Shown here: positions 63,484-64,000 of the stretch, one piece after another
Position numbering within the stretch: the first letter of the stretch is position 1
How the letters are laid out: every line of letters starts with the position of its first letter
Source: Squalus acanthias
Lineage: Eukaryota
Assembly (NCBI GenBank): GCA_030390025.1
Contig: CM059433.1
Span: 14,200,001-14,264,000 of the forward strand
Length of the DNA stretch: 64,000 bases
Reading direction: 5' to 3'
Program-made: the position numbers and the translations under genes
Notes under the pieces: generated by a model
The model's input: the letters and a program-made list of their open reading frames with translations, nothing else
The model's database searches: none
Told to the model about the DNA's origin: nothing

Positions 63484-64000
63484 AGGGCTAGAAATTCGGT
63501 GCATTTGCGCAAATGGCTTTTCGCCCGGGCGCAGCGCTGCTAACGACTCCCGCTAAATTCAGCGGGGGTTTGATGGCGGCGGTAACTGGTAGCGCCCCAT
63601 CACCGTGCGCAGCGCCCCATTTTCGCCCCGATTGCAAAATGGCCCACGCCCCCATAATCTGCGCTGGGCGATGACAGCGACCGATTCAGGGGGCAGGAAC
63701 AAAGCGGGAACAGGAGGCTAACTCTTTACGGAGGTGGCGGGCAGGGGAAATTTTTTTTAAAAAAATCGTCCGACTTACTTATCGCGGCCCGTTGAGTCTT
63801 TGAACGCGGGGTCCGTGCCGCGATCTGGCAGCCCGCGCTCCTCTTGTGTGCCGGGCTGCTGGCACGGCACCCTGCGCCCCGGTGGTCCAGGTAGGGCCCC
63901 GCAGAGTTGTGGGCTTGGGCCCTCCCCTTTAATGATGGGAAGAGCCCTTCCATGCAGCAGCGCTACGTGGCCCAGTGCGTTGTGCTGCAGAACGTATCGC
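63484..64000. mobile_element. Harbinger-type MITE (family D), runs off the window
   Basis: Starts GGGCTAGAAATT; 63800-63990 is reverse-similar to 26810-26990. Confidence 0.75.

Overview
Eukaryotic, repeat-dense non-coding DNA (intron or intergenic), most likely from a cartilaginous fish (shark). That taxon call is an inference from the repeat repertoire. I find no credible host protein-coding exon, and almost all ORF-track entries are decayed transposon fragments or chance frames. The window holds a decayed Penelope-like RT (1-990), many 5'-truncated CR1 and L2 LINE pieces, and tRNA-derived SINEs (Deu-domain SacSINE1-like, plus probable AmnSINE2-like and LF-SINE-like relics). It also holds three solo LTRs with target-site duplications (TSDs) and a 36-bp minisatellite with higher-order periodicity. 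At least 15 GC/CpG-rich non-autonomous TIR elements with 3-bp TSDs look PIF/Harbinger-type, and one keeps a frameshifted Myb/SANT ORF. Most interesting: (i) a 237-bp fold-back Penelope-derived element with a hammerhead-ribozyme-like core in each arm and a 15-bp TSD (56899-57135); (ii) Harbinger-type MITE families with covarying palindromes and promoter-like motifs (CRE, E-box, CCAAT, NRF1); (iii) a tRNA-Glu/CR1-tail chimera; (iv) a CR1 insertion flanked by a 95-bp duplication; (v) a local ~400-bp duplication that supplies the empty site of an LTR insertion. Family names come from recalled consensus sequences, not from a database search.
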